Shown here piece after piece: positions 24,701-37,791 of a DNA stretch of 64,000 nt. This DNA comes from Hypanus sabinus (Eukaryota): positions 23,684,001-23,748,000 of the forward strand of contig NC_082721.1 in the NCBI RefSeq assembly GCF_030144855.1, given 5' to 3'. Under the pieces are notes generated by a model. It worked only from the letters and a program-made list of their open reading frames with translations. It searched no databases and was not told the DNA's origin. How positions within the stretch are numbered: position 1 is the first letter of the stretch; the number at the start of each line of letters is the position of its first letter. The position numbers and the translations under genes were made by a program.

Positions 24701-27424
24701 CACAGCAACCAAAGATCCACTAAAACCATATTCTACGCAGGTCCTTAATCTTAACTAAATGAATAATAGCAGAAGTATGTGAATGAATACATAAAGCAAA
24801 TTGGTAGTTTGCACTGAAAATTGGAGGGAAAAAACACTTCCGGCAAGTAATACCCTGTTGAGGGTATTGGACCATGATACTAGCAACAGGGTGCCAACAA
24901 TCTGATTCAAATTTTAACTCCAAGGCAACTGATAAGATGTACATTTGTATAATGGAGACTGGGACTTTGGAGTGTTGCAAGGGGACTTAAGATGATGAAT
25001 GCATTGGTGTCCTCATCGTCTATTTTGTGGGTGTGGGAGAAAGTAAGTTATTGATGTGCGTATTCATTTGTCAGGATGCAATTCTGATCATGTGCTGGAA
25101 AGACTGGTTCTGTCCTTTGAGCGGGGATAAGGGTGACTAGTGGCCAGAAATGCCAGTTATGTATATTTTTAAATTTAAGTTTATGATAACTGAAATTTGT
25201 TATGGCTGTCATGTTCTTGCTGCTGCAAAATGCTAATTTTCATGGAATTTATACCCTTTATTTATTGGGTTATGGAATGCTTGTAGTCACAGGTTAGATG
25301 TGATCTTATTTGGGTACATTGGGAACTTTTTTTTTAAAAAAAGAGTTCTATTAGCCTTGCTCCAATCCTCCTGGTATATATAAATAAATACAGAAGTCAT
25401 CTGCCTGAATCCACAACATACTGGGTACTTCCATTTAAGGAACTTGATCCCACTGAGAATTCAAAGATTTGATGTGATTTGGGGAGTTGGAGTAGTAGCG
25501 GGGAAGTGGGGTAAACAGAGAACATGAAGACAGCAGTAGTAGTCCGGATGGTAGAAGTTTGCAGATCTAAAGAGAATCTGAATTTTGTTGTGAGCAATGT
25601 GAGATTTGAAATGTTGATTAAAGAAGGTTATACTTGGTAACACTTTCTCTAAATTCTCTATATTGCTACATACTCATAACCATTATGAAATAAAATAATC
25701 TGACATCTTTAGCAGTTACTGCTGCAGCTGTTCTTTAAATTAGGTGGTTGAGTGTAGTGCAACTAGAAACTTTTTTCAGGTCCTTTTTCAGTCAAACATT
25801 TATTTTCTTTCAAAAATGCACCTTCACCCACCTTCATCTTCTCTTGCCTTATCCAGCAAAAGCAAACTTCTCTCCATTGTCTTAGGTAATAGGTTTGTAC
25901 TGAGGGCTTTTGTCCAGTGGGTTCCTATACTTAACAGGTAATGAATGAATAATTTAGATATCAGCATAGCAGATTGTGAATACGTAATTGAATAAATCTT
26001 TTTATTTCTGGGCTGTCATATTGTCATAAAATTTTATTGGTTTCTACCCGCATGTGACTTCAGTTCTGCACAACTTGATAGACTTTTAATACTCTGGGTG
26101 AATATGTTGACAATGGGAAATTAAATAATTTATTAGCCAAGTAACAATACATATTTAAAGAAAGATTGCTTCTTTACATGAAATGCATTGAATGGAAGAT
26201 TTATGCATGACAAAATAACATAAGAAATAGTAGCAGGAGTAGGCCATCTCACCATCAAGCTTTCTCTGCCATAAATTAAGATCATGGCTTATTTGGCTTT
26301 TGACTCCTCCCCACCTATGTGCCTTTTCCCCATAATTCTTAATTCCTCTGCTATGCAAAAATCTATCTGTGTCTTAAATATTTTAATGTATCCTCTACAG
26401 TACTGCTTTCTTGTTCAAAGAATTACAGTTTCAAATGTTTGTCAATTGTCTGTTACAAAGTGTTTTCAACACAGAAACTGCTCCATGATATTCAATATAC
26501 TGCACAATATACTCTGTCTATCAAGGAACATGTTCTATTTCTTTCTTCCCGTATGTGCTTATCTGATGTTCCCTTTGAATATCTACGAAATGTACCTCAA
26601 CTACTCTTTGTGGAAAATAGTCCACGTTCTGGCAGGTTAATTTTATTGGTGACTACCTTGTATTGACTAATCCTGTTCTTGTTTTAGGAAATCAAATTTG
26701 GGAAAATAAGATATCAATGAGATGAGTCACATTTTGTTTCAGTATTATGAAGTAATTTTGATAAATCTAGTTCCCTATTTAAGCAACTGTTAGATTGCTT
26801 AACTTCACGTGACATTGTGGTTTGCAGAAGTGTGGCTGTGGGAATTTCTTTTCTTACTCTTGTATGCTTTCCTGGCTTCCAAACCTTGCTTCAAGTGAGC
26901 CTTCTGTAATTAAAGGCCCCCCAGTGGAAAAATTTTATCCAAAAGAGTTGCTTCATCCATCCTTAGAATTGTTTTGCAAATGCACTATGACATGCAGTGT
27001 ATTAAAAAAAAACATTTTTGGTAGGTCAAGAGAAAAAATCTCTTGTTTTGGCATGTGGATTTGCTAATAGACTCTGGTATGCAGACATGCAAGAATTTTA
27101 GTGTCTTGAAATGGCGGGGTTATTGGACAAATGTTGAGAATGTGCATGTTTTTGTCAGTTACACGAGGAATAAAATGGATGACTTTAAAATGGCTGCCAT
27201 ATCACACCATTTGGTGTTGACTTTGTGTGAAAGCATCTGGAGTTTGATGAAGACCTTGTGGTAGAACTTGCTGACCAAAGACCTGAAGTTTCAGATGGCG
27301 CATTTTAACTGAATTGGGCGAGATGCCTAGTTTGGGGTGGTGAAAGCCGTGAAAGGGCCCTCCCTTGATTATTGACTCCTGCTTAGAAGTGAGCAACCAG
27401 AATCAAGTCTTAGGCAGAGAATGA

Positions 27425-27735
27425 AAACAGATTCTCTACCCTACCAAATCTGTGTCAACCATCAAGGACCCATTTGTATTAACTCTATACTAATTGAGTT
27501 ATAATCTTCTCACATTCCCTCAACTCCTCTCTTTCAGCCCCCTGTGCCATATTGCTACTCACCTAAACACAAGGGGCAAATTACAGTCACCTATTAGAGG
27601 AGTGGGAGTAAGCTAGAGTATTCAGAAGGAAACCCACATAGTCACAGAAAGAATGTGCAGATTTCACACGGACAGCATTGGAGATCAGGATTGAGTGTGG
27701 GTCCCTGGAGCAGTGAAGCTCAACCAACTGCCCTG
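27425..27735 (-). mobile_element. V-SINE/HE1-like SINE, older copy
   Basis: gtgggagtaagctagagtattcagaaggaaacccacatagtcacagaaagaatgtgcagatttcacacggacagc core. Confidence 0.65.
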
Positions 27736-30481
27736 ACAGCAGGATACTGGACAATGGCATCTACAATATTTGATGTTTGAAATAGTTTGATTGCTGGACT
27801 TGGATTTGAATAGCCATTTTGGGAAGGTCCTGAAGGATGTCTGGAAGTGCTGCAAGTCAGCAGAAAATGGGCAAGAATTCGCTGATAGTGTTAAAACTCT
27901 ATATAGAATGGCATGAGAGGATTGCCAAGTGTCCTAAGCAGCTTCATTAGTATGTATGTAATCTTTTTTTGTATATAATTTTAAAAGCATTTGATATCTG
28001 ATGGTACATGTGCGAAGCACACAACATTGGGTAAAAACGTGATTTATGATTTTGTTTACACTGAGAATTTGTTTATAAAAAAAGAGCAGGAGGTTTTTTT
28101 TTACTTTGCTTGCGTACGTAGGCACACGTGTTGCTAAACTCTGCAACACTTGAATAATTGATGTGAGGAAAAAATAGCTCCTGACAGGAGGAAACAAATA
28201 TTCAATTGCACAGAAGTCACTAAAAGGATTCAGTATTTTGCTATTTGTGGTTTATTGTTCTGTGGAATGTAAATCTTTTTTGGACTGGGGGAAAAGAGGT
28301 GTTTAGTTAGTACCTTTAATGTTTTTTCTCAGCCTCCATGTGTCAAAGCTCATGAAGTACTTTTAAAGCACACTGTAGCACAGTTGGAAGCATGGCAGCC
28401 GTCTGCACACAGCAAGATCCCGCACTCATGGTCATGACCAAATGCGCATGTTTAAAATGATAATGAGGAACTTGGAAATTTCTAGAGTTGGGGATTCTAA
28501 TACTATCCTGTTGTATAAATGTTAGATAAATTGGCGGATAACCATTGGACTTGGCCTGAAAAGGTTTATTCTCTGATCATTCATCTTCAGCTTTTCCACT
28601 ATACTTGTATGTAGATTGGTTGCTGCTCAGGTTACTTTGCTTACCTTCCAATGTACCTGTGCCTTAAATTGGTGAATTTAATGAACCTATCTTTCAAAAC
28701 CTCAAGATGATTCATCCTAGCAGTTAATGTTCCCCCACTGCTTCCTGAACAGATAAAGTAAATACAATATGATGCTCCTGCCCAAGTCACTTTAGCCCTG
28801 ACCAAAAGTTTAACATCATGACATCGGACATCTCTCTGACATTGCAGTCCCTTCTTGCGTGTTGGAATGAAGTGTTGGACAATGTTATGTGATGAAGTAT
28901 GGTTTCTGGTTCTAGTTTATGGTGCTATTGAATGCCAGGTTTGACATTTACAAGAATTTTCTTTTTAATGCTAATATTAAAACTTGACCTTTGTATGCCA
29001 TGACTTTATTTGAAAAATAAAACATCCTGTTAGATATTATGTTTATTCCTAATGTTTCCTGCTTATACTGCAATTTTAAGTTGGCTCACAACATCTTCCC
29101 ATGCAGGCCCTGCTTATAGGACCCATGAGTATGGATCCAGCACTCTGTTACAATCACTTTGGAATTACATTCAAACTGTCTGAACTTGTAGGCATGGGAA
29201 CTTTTGAAACTAATATGGAGAGACAACTATCAAGACCTCACCTAATTTACCATGTATTTCTATAGCTGAATGCTACTGTCACTGTGCCTGTGCCATTCAC
29301 AAAGCATTGGAGTATAGAAATAAGTCCATTTGCTCAATTATTTGGTCAACTTAAAAGAACAATCCTAGTTTGTTGTACTATACTACATTTGTACTATAGA
29401 CTATCAAGTTTCATCCATTTCTTTATGTAAAGTGCCTACTGATCATTTTGCATTATCTGATCAGCAGTGAATTCCATATCTAGCTCCATGTTGGCTTTTA
29501 TCCTGTCACTGCTGGTTGTTTTGCCAATAGGTATTTAAAGGCTATCCACCAATTCATCTAATATTCATACATCTGGATAAAGGTTTTCAATTTTTAAATC
29601 ATTTCAAATGATTTCCCTTTGTTTATGCTGTCTGAATCCTTCATGATGTTAAATATCTTTTAGATTTCTGTGCCATAGAGAAGACAGCTCCAGATTCACT
29701 AGGTTTCCAATAATTGAACTAATATTTTATGTTTAACATTACTCATTTTTATTTGTATATAAATTTCAAGATACTTCTCCTTCAGATTTTTCCCCAAACT
29801 ATTCCAGTTTCTTTCCTCCTACAACTCCTTAAAAATTGTATTGTCTCCCCATTCTTCCTACCAAAATTCATCTTCTAACATAGTTAGTTTTCTCTTGCCA
29901 TATGCTCAACTATTTATCTAGTCTGTCTTCTTGAATTATAATACCATCTTGCTCAATTTATAAACTTCCAATTTATCTCCATGTCATTAATATGTGGGAA
30001 TCAGCAATAATGCTAGCAAGGAATCCTGAGGAATATTACTGTACACCTCACTCCAATCAGGTAAGCAGTCATTCACTACGTATCTTTTCTTAATTCCTTT
30101 ACCAGTTTTGTACTAATGGTTCCATTGCTTTTTTATCCCATGGCTTAAACTTTTTTCTCTTGAAGCAGGGGAATCAATCCTCCTGGTGACTGAATCATCT
30201 TTGATTGTTGTAGCTAATTCCTGATTAATTTCTTTGTTAAATGTAATTGATATCTATTAACCCTCAGATTTCTTGTAAGTATATTTTAATAATTTTTCTC
30301 TGTCATATGATCTAATTAGTGTCCCTCTAGAATTGCAGGAACACAGAAGAGGGTCATTTAGACCACTGGACATTTACTGTTTTATTGGAAGTACAGTTGT
30401 GTCCTTGATTTGTTTTCTCAGGGTAGTTTATATTGGCTTTGATTGTACTTAACAGAAATAAACTCCTACAGGGAATAAGAC

Positions 30482-31219
30482 ATCTCTCTGACACAGTGGT
30501 GTCAAGAAACCAACTTCTCCCTCAATTGTCACACAGAGGAGCTGGTTGTGGATTACAGAAGGAATGGAGACAGGCTAACCCCTATTGACATGAAGGTAAA
30601 CAGCTTTAAGTTCGTCGGCATCCACATCACTGAGGGCCTCACGTGGTCTGTACACACCGGCTGTGTGGTGACAAAGGCACAACAGCGCCTCATTCACCTC
30701 AGATGGTTGAGGAAGTTTGGTATGGGTCCCTAAGAACTTTCCACAGGGATGCAATTGAGAGCATCCTGACTGGCTGCATTACTGCCTGGTATGCGAACTG
30801 TATCTCCCTTAATGGCCAGATTCTGCAGAAAGTGGTGCAGACAGCCCAGTGCGTCTGTAGTTGTAACTTCCCACTATTCAGGATATTTACAAAGGTAGGT
30901 GTGTAAAAAGGATCTGAAGGAACATTGAGGATCTGAATCACCCCAACCACAAACTGTTCCAGCTTCTACCATCCAGGAAACTGTACAGCAGCATAAAAGC
31001 CAGGACCAACAGGCTCCAGGACAGCTTCTTCCACCAGGCCATCAGACTGATTAACTCACACTGATTTGAGTGTATTTTTATGTTACATTGATTGTTCTAT
31101 TTATTATAAATTATTGTATATTACTATGATTGCACATTGCATGTTTAGACAGACATAACATAAAGATTTTTACTCCTCAAGTATGCGAAGGATGTAAGCA
31201 ATAAAGTCAATTCAATTCA
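30482..31219 (+). mobile_element. Rex1/Babar LINE, 5'-truncated (RT C-terminus and 3' UTR)
   Basis: ORF pieces FKFVGIHITEGLTWSVHT..KAQQRL..LR.LRKFG, AIESILTGCITAWY and LPS....IKARTNRLQDSFFHQAIRLINS. Ends AATAAAGTCAATTCAATTCA. Frameshifted. Confidence 0.9.
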
Positions 31220-31298
31220 CATGCCACCATGTCCACTTGGGCTGCAATGATGTACAGTTGGTAATTCCTCCATGAAGAAGACAACTTCTATATTCCAT

Positions 31299-31427
31299 TG
31301 AAAGGTCTCGGCCTAAAACATCAACAATTTATTCCCCTCCATAGATGCTGCCTGAATTGCTGAGTTCCTCGAGCATTCTGTGTGTGTGTTGCTCAAGATT
31401 TCCCACATTTGCAGAATCTCTTGTGTC
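31299..31427 (+). mobile_element. Short Penelope-derived element
   Basis: tgaaaggtctcggcctaaaacatcaac...atagatgctgcctga..tgctgagttcctc.agcatt.tgtgtgtgttgct...gcagaatctcttgtgt. Begins inside the hammerhead core. Confidence 0.75.
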
Positions 31428-32719
31428 TGTGAACTTCTGTGTTAAATTTCAGCTAGTGAAAGTAAGCTGAAGCATAAAAGCACTCTGGTTACACATCTTA
31501 CCATGTTCCTGAACCCCAGTTTTCCTGACCCCAACTCTGATTCACACTGAATATTGATATTTGACCATTTTGCATCACTAGAAATCCAGCATGTGGGAAA
31601 TAGGATTCACCAAACACCACAGGAGAGGAACATACTATAATTTATGTTCCCAGTTGAACAAGGACAATCTTGCAAGTATGCAGATCTGTGGACAGTAAGT
31701 CATAAGGTAAAAGCGATTTAGTGTAATCAAATTTGACGTGAAGTTATTTGACTGCTCATGGTGATTATTAAACTCCGAGGTTCCTGAGCCAGTCTGATCC
31801 TACTGTTGCTCTGCAGTTGGCTGTCACTAGTCCAAATTAGAAAATAATTCCCACCTCAACTACTACCTAGCATCTCTTACAGGAATAGGCAGCATGGATT
31901 AGATCATAATGTCATATGTAACTCTATAACCTGGTTGGTTCCTGGTTCTCTGAACACAAAAGTTACTTTTTTGAGGCTTGGAGCATCATAACGGAATTGA
32001 TACGGTTTCCCCAAGGCAGAGAGTGAAAGAGAAATATATCCAATTGATGATAGAACAGAAAAATTACTGAATGAGATTCAATTGGAGAAGAGTCTGGTCC
32101 CCATGTTTGGAGTATTGAAATTTGCTTGCAGCCAGCTGCTGTGGACCTTATGATCACTAATTACTATCCAACTAATAACAAATATTCTAAAATGTATTAG
32201 TTAATATCTCCATTGGTTAGAAAATATCTGCATGAATAAAGGACTATCAGTTCTGTTTCTTGGTAACTGTGTTCAGCTCATTGAACAGCAACAGATTGTT
32301 GTCAAGCACAAAGGACAAACTGAAGCTCGAATGTATTTGGATTTTGATTTTTCTTTGTAACTTGGTACAAAATATTTATTTACAGATGAGAATTCACTGC
32401 CTATAACTGTAGTGCATTTAATGTGATAGTGATATGACAGTAGAAATGGATAAGAAGACGCCATTCATTCAAAGCCAAGTTCATTAATTGCAAGTCTAAA
32501 GAAGTTATCACTGGAGTGTTTCTGGATGGTGTAAACAGCAAGGCAGGGACTGGATGCACACTATATGTAAAAGGAAAAACTGAAACCAGAGAAAATAATT
32601 TTGTAGTTGGATGCCTGACAAGTGAGCATAGATGGTGAATACTCAGCCCATCGTGTGTGCCAGCTGTTAAAATACTATTCAACCTAATTAAGCCTTCCAA
32701 ATCATTGTCCGCAGTAGCA

Positions 32720-32850
32720 TGCACGAGATGCTGGAGAAACTCAGCATGTCGGGCAGAATCTATGGAGCAAAATAAAGAATCAATGTTTCGGGATGGGACT
32801 TGTGTGATGTTACATTGGTTTTCCAGCATCTGAAGACTCTCTGGTGTTTA
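32720..32850. mobile_element. Short Penelope-derived element with inverted halves
   Basis: ~32720-32800 is the PLE tail on minus and retains CCCGAAAC. ~32802-32850 is the extreme tail on plus (ttccagcatctgaagactctctggtgttt). Confidence 0.6.
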
Positions 32851-33234
32851 AGACATTATCGTGGATGACCACACTCAAGCTGCATATCCAGTATCTTAAA
32901 TGCAATCATGTTTCCTGCCATCTTTTTCCTTTCACTCTGTGCAGTTTTGTTCTGGATTGCCTCTATGCTCTGTGTAAATAAAGTTCTCCTCATCACTCTA
33001 ATCATTCTACCAGTTACTAATTACAAAGGGAAATGTGCAATATAGGGAGAATTTGGCTTATCGAATTCCATTTTCATTCCTTTTTAAACAAAGCTTCCAC
33101 CTTCCATTCATTTTTCTTCCTTGCATTGTAAAGCGGTGGCAGTTCATACTACCCATCCAATTGGTCTTACCCTGTGCTTAAAGTGTAAGCCTGCACAGGT
33201 CATTGTTCATGAGTGCAGCATAGCACTTAAAAAA

Positions 33235-33600
33235 GGGAAACTTGCATAATATAGCTCCTCTGACATTCCAAAACACAGTTCTGCCAATTAAGCCCTTTGA
33301 AAATGGAGTCACTTTAATATTGCAGGAAATGTGATAGGCAATTTGCTAACAGTAGGGTCCTACAAATGACAATGTGGTAATGATTGATTGAATGATTTGT
33401 TTTTATTTTTAGTGTTTTTTAATTGTGGGAGAAATATTGGCCAAGAAATTATTCTAATATTTGAAATCATGGTGCCACTCAAAAGGGAAATGGAGCTTCA
33501 ATATTAACACTGGTCTGAAAGAGTTGATGCAATATGATGGTTAACCTCTTTCTCCATGCTGTATTGGAAGAGTCCCTACAATTTTATATTGAACTCTTAA
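33235..33600 (-). mobile_element. Ancient DeuSINE-like element
   Basis: aacttgcat..atatagc...gagtcact..aat..tgcaggaaatg...caatttgc..acag...tcc.acaaa..caatgtggtaatga matches the reverse Deu-domain pattern. Similar copies at ~28355, 60860 and 62940, and forward at ~52620. Confidence 0.5.
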
Positions 33601-34524
33601 GAATCCAATTAACATTGATCTACAGAAACATGGGGAGATAGTCAGGAATGTGAGCCCTCACTTGACATTAGTCTCTGCTCTAATTTCTTTCTTTGTCTGC
33701 ATCTAATGTTGACTCCCTCTGTTTATAGCATTCGTTCGGGTATTTGATTGCCCAGGGCTTCTCACTCTGAGTTGGCTAGGGTGTTTTCACGTTCTGGGGT
33801 TAGAAGCAGCTGCTGAGGTTAGATACGTTTTCTGTGGTTTTACATGGAATTGCAGGGCTCCTGGTGTAGAAAAGGTTCATATTACAGTGTAAAATTGAAA
33901 ATCCCAATTTGTTTTGATGTGGGATTAAATTTTGTTCAGCATAGCAGATGTTTGGATTAACAGTTTATCCCTCATTTGCATTTGTTGAAGATTTTGCAAG
34001 AAGTGTCTCCGTAATATTTGATAAAACCTGCAAAATTTTCATGAAGAGTGTCAGGCAATAAAGAATAAATGAAAGTGCAGTAAAACTTTGTTGCCCAGAA
34101 TCCAATTGCTTAAAAGTTCCAATGGTTTGTCCTTTGGATCACTGGATACATATCCATGCAACACACCACATCCCTGGTTTCTGCACCCCTTTTAGCATTT
34201 TATGGCCTGATGTTGATGCATCTTTCAGCAAATGAAGCCTTGTTTCCCACACTCACTTTAATCCATCAAGGCCCTATTTCCAGCGTCACTTCAAAGCACC
34301 GAATCTTTGGTTCCTATCCTCCTTACTGGGCTTGCTTGAAAATATATTACTGTATAACAATAAAAGGTGAATTAAAAGTGGGTTGAATTATTAATTAGAA
34401 TCATTTCCAGTAGTCTGGGATCTTTGCTAGTTCACCACCACCGAAGTCCTGAGTGTTCTGAATTTAGATAGTTTAGAAGTGGGATTAAAGTACAGATCTT
34501 CGTGCACCTAAAGAAAGAGATCGC

Positions 34525-34828
34525 TTTGTTTGTCACCTGTACACCAAAACATTGAAACATGCAGTGAAATGTATTGTATGAGTCAACAACAAATGGAGTC
34601 CAAGGATGTGCTGACAGCCCACAAGTGTCATTATGCTTCCAACGCCAACATAGCTTGTTCACAATATACTAAACGCAACCTGTACATCTTTGGAATGTGG
34701 GATGAAACTGGAGCACCCAGAGGAAACTCGTATGGTCATGGGGCAAGCATACAAACTACTTACAGATGGTGGTGGAAATTGAACACAGGTTGCTGGCGCT
34801 ATAAAACATTACTCTAACTGTGGTGCCC
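34525..34828 (-). mobile_element. V-SINE/HE1-like SINE
   Basis: gtacatctttggaatgtgggatgaaactggagcacccagaggaaac core, gaaattgaac, ends tgccc. Confidence 0.75.
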
Positions 34829-36081
34829 TGTATGGCTGGATAATTCAGTAAGATGATTGGACCTACTCATCTATCCATGTGTTAGAGGAAATGATTCAAT
34901 TTGTTTGAGAGATCTTTTGCAATTATATCTTGTTGATATATATGGAAGCATCGATCGGTGTATGAAAGAGACATCATTGCTCTATTTACATCTTTCAGTT
35001 TGAATCACTCTTAATCCCAATCAATTGCTGTGCAGTCAGAAGCCTCCACTTGAACGGGGGCTTCTGTAAGTCCTTCCAGTATGCAACACTCTGGCATGTA
35101 TGTTCTTCTCCAAGTTTGGCACCTGTAACTAACCAGACGCCATTCAGGCTGCTGTTTCCATTTTGCAACACCCAAATAGAAGCCCTCTTGTTTTCAAAAC
35201 AAAACTATTTTCACACTTTGAAGAGTACCAGCATGACTCTTGCCATAATCAGCAATGTATAAACACAGAACTCTGTTCTGCTTAAGCCATCTTAACCTGA
35301 TCTTAATTGCTTCTGAAGTTTAGTTTAAAAAAGCAAAATATTTTCCTGTAAATACTGTTGAAAGCAGTTATGTGCGTCATTCGCTCTCTTCCTCTTAAGC
35401 TGTGTTTCCAGTTCATTGAGTGAGGGAGGATTTGTGCAGTACTTGAGATGTGCCGAAGGTTAACATTATGACTCCTCTTGACATTGAAGTTGGGCAGGGT
35501 CTTGAGTTATTGGCTACGAGATTTGTTAGACTATTGGGTTATATTTAAAGAGGCCTGGTGAAGTTTTAAAATATTAGATACTGGAGATTAAAACTTGAAG
35601 GTGGGTGGGCATAACTGAGGAAAGAAATTTAGCACCATTCCAGTTCCTCTTCCAGAAAGAGCAGAAGTCTGTTGAGTTAGAATGACTCTGAAATTATATA
35701 CTTGTGATTTCTGGTCACCTTATCTGAATGCACATATCTGGAAGTTAGATTCTACTCACTTTTTGATCTAATATGTTGCTGTGTTTAGTCCTAGTAGCAA
35801 ATCAGTCTTCCTCAGAATCTCACAAAATTATCTAAACGTAAGCCTGAATCAAATTTTTTCCAGATAATTCCACACTAATTTCATGCAATTATTGACACAG
35901 TTTGTTGTGAACCCCTTAAAAACGCACTTAAACAACCAGATACAGTAACTTATGGGTGCTTTGGAAGAGTGAGGCTTTGAAGAAAGGGATATTTCATTGT
36001 TCTGAAAAATACATTATCGTAACTGAAGCACTGGGAGTCCTGTGTGCCCAGGGTACAGGGTGACCCGCTGGGGCCAGAATT

Positions 36082-36788
36082 TCATGAAAAGAACACCTCT
36101 CCAACTGTTAAGCATGGGGGTGGATTGATCATTCTTTGGGCTTGTGTTGCAACCAGTGGCACGGGGAACTTCTCACTGCTAGAGGGAAAAATGAATTCAA
36201 TTAAATAACAGCAAATTCTGGAAGCAAACATCACATCATCTGTAAAAAAGATGAAAAGAGGATGGCTTCTACAACAGGATAATGATCCTGAACACCCCTC
36301 AAAATCCACAATGGACTACCTGAAGAGGCACAAGCAGAAGGTTTTGCCATGGCCCTCACAGTCCCCTGACCTAAACATCATTGAAAATCTGTGGATAGAC
36401 CTTGAGAGCAGTGCATGCAAGACGGCCCGAGAATCTAACAGAACTAGAAGCCTTTTGCAAGGAAGAATGGGTGAAAATCCCCCAAACAAGAATTGAAAGA
36501 CTCTTAACTGGCTACAGAAAACGTTTACAAGCTGTGATACTTGCTAAAGGGGGTGTTACTAAGTACTGACCATTCAGGGTGCCCAAACTTTTGCTTCGTG
36601 CCCTTTTCCTTTTTTGTTATTTTGAAACTGTAAAAGATGGAAAAAAATAGTAATCTTGCTTAAAATATTAAAGAAATGTGTCATCTTTAACGTTATGCCT
36701 TTTGGAAATCAGGTCATCTTTTACTCATTTAGCTATTCACAGTAACAGAAATTTTGACCAGGGGTGCCCAAACTTTTGCATGCCACTG
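36082..36788 (+). mobile_element. Tc1 transposon right half (IR/DR-type end)
   Basis: TVKHGGG.I.LWAC, QQDNDPEH.SK, WPSQSPDLNIIENLW and ...GVTKY* (stop 36569). 18-bp repeat GGGTGCCCAAACTTTTGC at 36577-36594 and 36762-36779. Ends CACTG followed by TA. Confidence 0.92.
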
Positions 36789-37693
36789 TAGTTGCTGCCT
36801 TCACTAAAGTCTCCCACTTATCCTGATCAGCCTCTGGCAGCTATTGTGAAGCCACTTGTATTGAATGCTGCTTGTCTATTGCTTTGGTGGAGCTGAGAGA
36901 GCAGATCACTTGCAAATGGCTAAAAAAGAAAAACTTCCTGATAGTTTGTGGACTTTGGGAAATATTTGATCATATTTAGCTCTGAGGTTACCCATTTAGT
37001 TAACCTAGTGCCAACAACAGTGCCCCTTTAAATAATGAGATAAACAAGATTCCAGAAAAAGCTTTGTGCTCAAGTATGGCTCTGTGTCTCAGATGAGTTT
37101 TGCAATTGGTGGAAGTTCATCGGAAATGAGTGCAAATGCAATTTGGGTTGAATTGAATTGGGGTCACATAGTGCTTTATAAACAGTGCAATGTGATCCAA
37201 TTTCTTGGCTCCAGTGCTTGTGGGAAATCGTGCATGTCTATCCAGACAGGCAAAGAGTGCCACAGTTTGATTCTCATCCAAGAAAAGAAAACAGCACCTT
37301 TAACAATGCAGTGCTGTGAGTACTGGACTGGAGTGTCAATACGGATTGTATTTTCAAGTCTCTGGAATGAAGCTTGAACTGAGCCAAGTTGGCACTTGAG
37401 CCCAGTTTTTACTTGACCTTTTGTATGTAGCTTATTAATGGGTAATGGTGAGTGATGATGTGTATACTTATTTTCTTCCCTCCTTCCTGAAGGCAATGAC
37501 TCATCTTGGTCTAGTTCCACACCTTGTTGAAATCTAAGTATGTGTAATTCTCTTGTGATGTGGCATGATCAATATTCAGAGTGAGAAAGAGACAAATTGT
37601 TTTCATCGATGATTCAATGTTGAAGTGTTTGGCTTAGTTTGGTCCAAAACTACACTAACATTTCAATGGCTTAACCAAACTTTCAGAACCTTC

Positions 37694-37724
37694 CTGACAA
37701 AGGGTCTCGGCCCGAAATGTCGAC
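37694..37724 (+). ncRNA. Minimal hammerhead ribozyme motif, degenerate copy
   Basis: CTGACAA A GGGT CTCG GCCC GAAA TGTC GAC. GAAA box and GUC triplet intact; two CpG-type changes. Confidence 0.65.
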
Positions 37725-37791
37725 AGTGCTTCTCCTTGTAGATGCTGCCTGGCCTGCTGTGTTCCACCAGCATTTTGTGTATGTTGTTTTA
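37694..37791 (+). mobile_element. Short Penelope-derived element (~98 bp) with 10-bp TSD
   Basis: AGAACCTTCC at 37685-37694 and 37792-37801. The insert starts at the hammerhead core and runs through the PLE tail. Confidence 0.9.

Noticed and set aside
32260-32640. Short protein-looking open frames in unique DNA
   Set aside because: About 30-60 codons with no paired splice sites and no recognisable family.
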